Source of the DNA: an uncultured Christensenella sp.
GTDB taxonomy: Bacteria; Bacillota; Clostridia; Christensenellales; Borkfalkiaceae
DNA length: 32,507 nt
Reading direction: 5' to 3'
Assembly (NCBI GenBank): GCA_964487575.1
Contig: CAZARP010000003.1
Location: 12,178-44,684 of the forward strand
Position numbers and translations under genes: made by a program. Under the pieces are notes generated by a model. That model was not told where the DNA came from, ran no database searches, and worked only from the letters and a program-made list of their open reading frames with translations. Below, piece by piece: positions 25,197-30,764 of the stretch (the stretch's first letter is position 1; every line of letters begins with the position of its first letter).

Positions 25197-27935
25197 ATGA
25201 AGAAACTATCGCTTAAAAGAATAGGTCTTATATCGGTATGCTTCGTTATGGCGCTCGCGTCGTTTATGTGTTTCGGCAAGGTATCCGCAAAGGCTGAAGA
25301 AGAAGCCGCGTCGGTTACCGTTAACGAAGAGTACGTTAAAGCAAACTTGCAAGTTTCAGGGTATTCTTTGCGTTTGCCGGCACTCGGCGACGACGAAACT
25401 CAGCCGGGTATCAGGGCAGTCGTTACCATGTCCGACGAGATGTATAACGCTCTCGAAGGCACGGATTACGCGACCGGTACCTTGTTCATCGCCAAGGCTA
25501 ACGCTAACGGCGCGGAAATCAAAATCGATACCGCGGACGTAAGCAACACCGTGACGACCGACGGCTGGTATCAGCGCAGCGACGCAAAACACGCGACTAA
25601 CGTAGTTTTGGTCGGCATCACCTCCGAACACGTCAACACTTCGGTTATCGCTCGCGGCTATATCACCATAGGCACGACGACGTATTATTCCGAAGCCGGC
25701 AACCCCGTCAGCATGGCAAGCGCCGCAAGGAGCCTCTATGACAGCGCCGAAACGGACGATGCGATGAAGGATATGCTTAAAACCGCTTATCTTCCCGCTC
25801 TTTCCGTAAAAATCGACAACGCCCCGCAAGAAGGCGTTATTTACGGCGACAAACTCACTCAACCTGAATGCGTCGCGGAACCGAACACCTATTTGAAAGG
25901 TTACTACAACACTGCGGAAACGGGTAAATGGGATTTTGAGAACAACACCGTAACGGGTACTACCAACTTACATAGCGTTGCGTCTAACGTAATGACGTTG
26001 GAAGACTTTAACCAACCGTATTCGGTTAACTCGGTCCGTACAAACTGGACGACCGACGCGCCCGTGTACCACAAGACTTTCGAAGGCAGAAACGGCGTCG
26101 TGGAAGTTACCACTACCAGCGGATACGGCAACTTCGGCTTCAAGTCGGCTATGTCTAAAGAACAATTACAAGAAATAATCGACGCAAGCGACTTCGACTA
26201 CCTCTCTATTTGGGTATACTTTAAGTCTACCACCCAAACCACGGTTAAATTAAGTCAAGCCGGTTACGACGGAGTCGTTGACGAAATCAAAGCCAACGAA
26301 TGGCAAGAAGTAAAAATCGCAAAAGAAATCGTTACTAAAACGAACTGGGCGCAGAGCGGAAGCAACTTCGTAGAAGCTTTCCGTGCAGACTCCAACGTTG
26401 CGGCTCACACCTTCTGGAGTCAAAGCATGAAGAAGGCCGACGGCACGCTTTACGTAGACAGCATCGGTTTGGGTAAAGAAGTAACGATAACCGTACCCGA
26501 CAGAGTTTACGTAGGCGACACCGCAAAATATTCGGTAAGCATCAATGCCGACTCTTCCGCTTATACGACAAACGTAGTCGTAACTTGTGACGACGAAGTA
26601 ATAAGCGTTTTCGACGAAGGCATCGTCGCAGACAAAATCGGTATGTATAAAATTTCCGCTACCGTTACCTATAAGGGCGCAACTTACACTGCGGAAAAGA
26701 CATTGAACGTCGTTACCGCGGACAACGTCCTCGGCGATTACCTCGACGGCAATATAGAGGGCTGCAACCCGAACGGTGACAAGAGTGCCGAATACCTTGC
26801 AAGTTATATGGGCAGATACGGCGTTATGAAGGCTTATACCAACGGCGACTATCGTAATTTATTCGTTAGAGTACCCGGCAACGCAAGCGACGTAAAAGCC
26901 AAGATGGAAGCGACCGATTACGACTATATTTCCGTATGGTTGTGGGTAGACGCCGAATTGTCTGCCGGCGCTTTCAAAGCGACTTTACGTAACGGCTACA
27001 CGAGGATACCCGTACAGACTTGGTACGAATTAAAGATTACCGCGGAAAACGCAGGGGACTATTACAGCAACTATGTTAACGGTGCTCTTGCAAGCGGTTC
27101 GGGTGACCAAAAATGGTTGTTCTGGTCGCAAGAAATTCCGGAGAGCACTGCTATCTATATCGACAGCGTATCGCTCTGCAAAGATATAGAGTTGACTACC
27201 GAAATCACCGATAACACCATAGCGTTGTCGGCGGCTATAGACGGCGTAGAGGACGCGACGTTTACTTACAACGTAATCGGACCCGACGGTAAAGACGTAG
27301 AACTTATCGACAACAAGTTTACCGCAACGGCAAACAACCCCTATCAAGTAGAAATAACCGCTAAATACAACGGTAACGTAACGAAGACGGTTAAGGTAGT
27401 TTCCTTAAACGAAGGTTTGTTAACCGGTATCAACAACAGTTACGAGACTAACTTCCTCGCCGCAAGCGGAACAGAAATGGTTAACGAATACTTGACCGAG
27501 TTCGAAGGCGCAAACGGCGTAGTTAAACTCAGCGGTCAGCACGCTTCCGACGCCGACCTTAACACTGCGATAGGTTATCAAAACATCCATTACAAAGCCG
27601 GCAAGTCGGTTGAAGAAATCAACGCAATGGCTACGGCGACCGACGCCGACGGCAACGCTAAATACACCAAGTTGGTGTTCAGAGTGTACGTCGCTCCGTA
27701 CGTAGCGGAAACCGAAACGGTACGCGTAGGTTTCTTGGCAAGCGAAATAGACGTTAAGACGGGCGAATGGGTGGACGTAGAAGTCGCGTTAAGCAGCGAT
27801 AACCTCTATAACAGCATTTCGTTAGGCAACCGTTGCGGTTGGGACAGCGCCGTAACGTTCAACAGACCGTTTATGTATCTGTGCAACACGCAACCCGGTA
27901 CGCTTATCTACTTAGACTGCATTTATTTTGCGTAA
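25197..27935 (+). CDS. large secreted protein of unknown function, three copies of the array module separated by Ig-like spacers (array member D)
   Basis: The ATG at 25197 follows GGAGGG. The signal peptide is type I-like (MKKLSLKRIGLISVCFVMALASFMCFGKVSA-KAEE) with no clear lipobox. The N-terminal roughly 260 aa include a segment resembling a Listeria-Bacteroides (Flg_new-like) repeat (IYGDKLTQPE...GYYNTAETGKWDFENNTVTGTTNL). The three modules carry TFEGRNGVVEV / FDYLSIWVYF / EWQEVKIA / TLYVDSIGLG, YMGRYGVMKA / YDYISVWLWV / TWYELKIT / AIYIDSVSLC and EFEGANGVVKL / LVFRVYVA / EWVDVEVAL / LIYLDCIYF. Confidence 0.65.
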   Translation: MKKLSLKRIGLISVCFVMALASFMCFGKVSAKAEEEAASVTVNEEYVKANLQVSGYSLRLPALGDDETQPGIRAVVTMSDEMYNALEGTDYATGTLFIAKANANGAEIKIDTADVSNTVTTDGWYQRSDAKHATNVVLVGITSEHVNTSVIARGYITIGTTTYYSEAGNPVSMASAARSLYDSAETDDAMKDMLKTAYLPALSVKIDNAPQEGVIYGDKLTQPECVAEPNTYLKGYYNTAETGKWDFENNTVTGTTNLHSVASNVMTLEDFNQPYSVNSVRTNWTTDAPVYHKTFEGRNGVVEVTTTSGYGNFGFKSAMSKEQLQEIIDASDFDYLSIWVYFKSTTQTTVKLSQAGYDGVVDEIKANEWQEVKIAKEIVTKTNWAQSGSNFVEAFRADSNVAAHTFWSQSMKKADGTLYVDSIGLGKEVTITVPDRVYVGDTAKYSVSINADSSAYTTNVVVTCDDEVISVFDEGIVADKIGMYKISATVTYKGATYTAEKTLNVVTADNVLGDYLDGNIEGCNPNGDKSAEYLASYMGRYGVMKAYTNGDYRNLFVRVPGNASDVKAKMEATDYDYISVWLWVDAELSAGAFKATLRNGYTRIPVQTWYELKITAENAGDYYSNYVNGALASGSGDQKWLFWSQEIPESTAIYIDSVSLCKDIELTTEITDNTIALSAAIDGVEDATFTYNVIGPDGKDVELIDNKFTATANNPYQVEITAKYNGNVTKTVKVVSLNEGLLTGINNSYETNFLAASGTEMVNEYLTEFEGANGVVKLSGQHASDADLNTAIGYQNIHYKAGKSVEEINAMATATDADGNAKYTKLVFRVYVAPYVAETETVRVGFLASEIDVKTGEWVDVEVALSSDNLYNSISLGNRCGWDSAVTFNRPFMYLCNTQPGTLIYLDCIYFA

Positions 27936-27954
27936 AAAGTAAAACCGAGGTTTA

Positions 27955-28005
27955 ATCGGGTACCTTACGGGTCGGTCGGGGAAACCCGACCGACCGAAAC
28001 CCGAT
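27955..28005 (+). terminator. GC-rich compound hairpin after the array (possible terminator or RNA-stabilising stem-loop; no U tract)
   Basis: The inner 11 bp stem GGTCGGTCGGG (27970-27980) / CCCGACCGACC (27985-27995) has a GAAA loop. An outer 7 bp stem ATCGGGT (27955-27961) / ACCCGAT (27999-28005) encloses it. No T run follows. Confidence 0.4.
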
Positions 28006-28062
28006 CCCATACGCAAGTTGAAGACCCCTTTTATCGACGATGAAAATTTTTTATCGTCACGC

Positions 28063-28091
28063 TTTACTTTTACTTTAAGATATGGTACAAT
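28063..28091 (+). promoter_or_regulatory. candidate promoter of the GH31-like gene
   Basis: TTTACT (28063-28068), a 17 nt spacer, then TACAAT (28086-28091) with an extended -10 TG at 28083-28084. This implies a leader of about 130 nt. Confidence 0.4.
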
Positions 28092-28229
28092 ATCCGAAGA
28101 GGGGAAAAGTATTTTATTTTGTCGGAACCACTCGCGTTTCCGAGTCGCTTTAGGGGTACCTCCTTCTTCCCCGTCGGCGGCTCGGTACGCGGGTGTTCTG
28201 AATATTATCGGAAAAAAGCGAGGTTTGCT

Positions 28230-29768
28230 ATGAAAAAATCGGTTAAAATTTTCGACGGAGAGTGTTGGTACGGCGGAAACTGCTGTCGAACCGACAAGAA
28301 CTTTTTTCTCGACGCGAAGTCTGAATATAAGTTCGACGTTTTAATCGACGCCAACAATCAGACGGCTTCGCTTTTGCTGTCGTCGTTCGGCAGGTATATT
28401 AAAACGAGTTCGGCTTTTACCGTAAGCGTTTCAAACGGGGTTATAGAGATCGACAGTCCGACCGCGATAGAGGTGAGCGACGAGGGGACCTCTTTAAAAG
28501 ACGCGTACCGGATGGCTTGCAAAAGGTACTTCCCCTTTAGCGGAAAGGTTCCGCAATTAAAGTTTTTCACCACGGCGCAGTACAACACGTGGATGGAATA
28601 CGATTATCGGTTAGATCAAAAGGGCGTTTTGGATTACGCGCACAAGATTGTCGACAACGGCTATGCGCCCGGCATTTTGATTTTGGACGAGGGCTGGCAC
28701 AATCATTACGGGTTGTGGGAATTCGACAAGATAAAATATCCCGACCCGAAAACGATGATAGACGAACTCCACTCGCTGGGGTTTGTCGTTATGCTGTGGG
28801 TAGTGCCGTACGTCACCGCCGACGGTTACGACTTCATTACCGCTCGCGATAAGGGTTTGTTCTTGCGCACGGACGACGGTAACGTAGCTTTGATGCGCTG
28901 GTGGAACGGTTGCAGCGCCGTGCTTAATATGAAGTGCGAGGCGGACAGAAACTATCTGTCGCAAAAGTTGGACGTTTTGATGAAAGATTACGGCGTCGAC
29001 GGGTTTAAGTTCGACGGCGGCAATGTCAGCGCGTTTGCACCGAGCTGGGTTTTAAGCGGCAAACAGACCGAGTACACGGCGGAAGAATTGAACGCGGCGT
29101 GGAACGAGTTCGGCGAGGATTACGAATATCACGAATATAAAGACAGTTTCAACTGCGGCGGCAAGGCGGTTATACAGCGTATTCGCGACCGCAGCCACAG
29201 TTGGGACGACGACGGGCTTAACACGCTGGTACCGACCGCGATTACGCAGGGGCTTATGGGGTATCCGTTTATCTGTCCCGATATGATAGGCGGCGGCGAA
29301 TGGACGTTTAACTATAAAGAGGGGTTCGTTGTCGACGAGGAGCTTTTCGTCAGAATGGCGCAATGTTCGGCGCTCTTTCCGATGATGCAGTTTTCTTGGG
29401 CGCCGTGGCGAGTTTTAAGCGAGGATATGCAAAAAATCGCGCTGTCTGCAGCTAAACTGCACGCGAAATTTGCCGATTACATTACTTCTTTAGTAAAAAA
29501 CACCGCCATAACCGGCGAGCCGATTATACGGTGTTTGGAATATCAATATCCGCAATGCGGATACGAAAGAATTTACGACCAGTTTATGCTCGGCGACGAC
29601 GTGCTCGCGGCGCCCGTGCTTAAAAAGGGAGAGTACAAGAGGAAGGTGGTTTTGCCGCAAGGCGAGTGGCTATACCTCGGCACGACCCCGATACGCGGCG
29701 GTGCGGAAGTAACCGTCGACGCGCCGATAGAGGTGTTGCCGTACTTCGTTAAAGTCAAGAACGACTAA
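28230..29768 (+). CDS. GH31-like glycoside hydrolase (cytoplasmic, short form)
   Basis: The ATG at 28230 follows GAGGT. There is no signal peptide. The TIM-barrel signature is PGILILDEGWHNHYGLWEFDKIKYPDPKTMIDELHSLGFVVMLWVVPYV. The nucleophile-region-like segment YGVDGFKFDGG compares with VDCFKTDFGE of YicI-type GH31. PDMIGGGEW is also present. The TTG-extended track start at 28119 is unlikely. Confidence 0.65.
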   Translation: MKKSVKIFDGECWYGGNCCRTDKNFFLDAKSEYKFDVLIDANNQTASLLLSSFGRYIKTSSAFTVSVSNGVIEIDSPTAIEVSDEGTSLKDAYRMACKRYFPFSGKVPQLKFFTTAQYNTWMEYDYRLDQKGVLDYAHKIVDNGYAPGILILDEGWHNHYGLWEFDKIKYPDPKTMIDELHSLGFVVMLWVVPYVTADGYDFITARDKGLFLRTDDGNVALMRWWNGCSAVLNMKCEADRNYLSQKLDVLMKDYGVDGFKFDGGNVSAFAPSWVLSGKQTEYTAEELNAAWNEFGEDYEYHEYKDSFNCGGKAVIQRIRDRSHSWDDDGLNTLVPTAITQGLMGYPFICPDMIGGGEWTFNYKEGFVVDEELFVRMAQCSALFPMMQFSWAPWRVLSEDMQKIALSAAKLHAKFADYITSLVKNTAITGEPIIRCLEYQYPQCGYERIYDQFMLGDDVLAAPVLKKGEYKRKVVLPQGEWLYLGTTPIRGGAEVTVDAPIEVLPYFVKVKND

Positions 29769-30610
29769 TTGGACGACTTCCTCGGTTTTCTTTTGGGCGG
29801 CGGATCGTCGGGGAATTTGTATCGACGATACTGCGCCGGCGACATTTGCACTTCTTCGGTAAAGACGATGCAAAAATAGTTTTGCGAGGCAAAACCGCAA
29901 GCTTCGGCGACTTCCGCAATGGTTTTTGCGGAGGTGGTAAGCAGGTTTTTCGCTTGCGCAATTCTGACGCTTTGCAGATATTCGTTTATCGACGAACCCG
30001 TGTCGTGTTTGAATTCCCGACATATAAGGGTTTTTGACAGGTTCAATAGGGCGGACAAGTCGTCCAGCGTGATTTTTTTAGAGTAGTTTTTGGTTATGTA
30101 CTCTATCATCTTTTTGGTCCGCGCGGAGTAGGCGTTGCCCGGACGGAATTTTTCGGTCGGGAAGCCGCTTAACGATTTTAACCGCAGTACGAAAAACGAA
30201 AAGCAGACTTGCGTTTCGTATTCACGCGCTTGTATGGTGCGGCGCTGTTTGAATTGCTGGGCTTCTTCCAATAAACCTAAAATTTGCAGAAGTTCGCGCC
30301 GTTCTTCGTCGGTAACGTGAATTACCTGTTTGACGCACATGTCGATTACCGAACGTTGAAAATCGTCCAAATACGTGGCGGTAAAGTCGATTTTTACTCG
30401 GTTGTAAGGACCGCCTTCCATTCTGTGCAGACAGTAGGGCGGAATACACAATAAAGAATTGCCGTCGATATGGTAAACTTCGTTCTCTATCGTGACGGTA
30501 CGCGTACCGTCGAGCAGAAAATACAGTTCGTAATGTATGTGAGAGTGGAAGTTATATGCCGAGAACGCTTTTTCGCTCGACAGTTTTTCATACATGCAGA
30601 ATTTCATCAT
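29765..30610 (-). CDS. AraC-family transcriptional regulator (cupin sensor domain plus HTH)
   Basis: The N-terminal cupin-like part is HSHIHYELYFLLDGTRTV...LLCIPPYCLHRMEG. The C-terminal double HTH is ITLDDLSALLNLSKTLICREFKHDTGSSINEYLQSVRIAQAKNLL...IAEVAEACGFASQNYFCIVF. Its 3' end overlaps the GH31 gene's 3' end by 4 nt. Confidence 0.85.
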   Translation of the reverse strand: MMKFCMYEKLSSEKAFSAYNFHSHIHYELYFLLDGTRTVTIENEVYHIDGNSLLCIPPYCLHRMEGGPYNRVKIDFTATYLDDFQRSVIDMCVKQVIHVTDEERRELLQILGLLEEAQQFKQRRTIQAREYETQVCFSFFVLRLKSLSGFPTEKFRPGNAYSARTKKMIEYITKNYSKKITLDDLSALLNLSKTLICREFKHDTGSSINEYLQSVRIAQAKNLLTTSAKTIAEVAEACGFASQNYFCIVFTEEVQMSPAQYRRYKFPDDPPPKRKPRKSSN

Positions 30611-30687
30611 TACACCGTTTTTGTTTACGATTGTTATATTTATATTTAGATTATAACACTATAAACGGTGCAATATCAAGCAAAATT

Positions 30688-30710
30688 ACCGAATATTGCA
30701 AAAATTCGGT
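30688..30710. promoter_or_regulatory. inverted repeat in the AraC / GH36 divergent region (candidate operator)
   Basis: ACCGAAT (30688-30694), 9 nt, then ATTCGGT (30704-30710). A related TTACGAAT half-site at 30711-30718 echoes TTACCGAAT at 30686-30694. The function is not established. Confidence 0.3.
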
Positions 30711-30764
30711 TTACGAATTTATAAAAAGTCGATTTTATGCGTCGGCAAACAAGGGATTTATCTT

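Noticed and set aside
28098-28229. A possible cis-regulatory leader of the GH31 gene: a TCGGAA/TTCCGA hairpin (28122-28143) and an ACCTCC anti-SD-like word (28158-28163) that could pair with the GAGGT SD (28220-28224)
   Set aside because: The pairings are short (5-6 bp) and expected by chance. There is no resemblance to a known riboswitch. Not enough evidence to report as a feature.
28018-28233. A 71 aa ORF in the spacer before the GH31 gene
   Set aside because: It has a TTG start and no RBS. It spans the predicted promoter and leader, and its composition is not protein-like.
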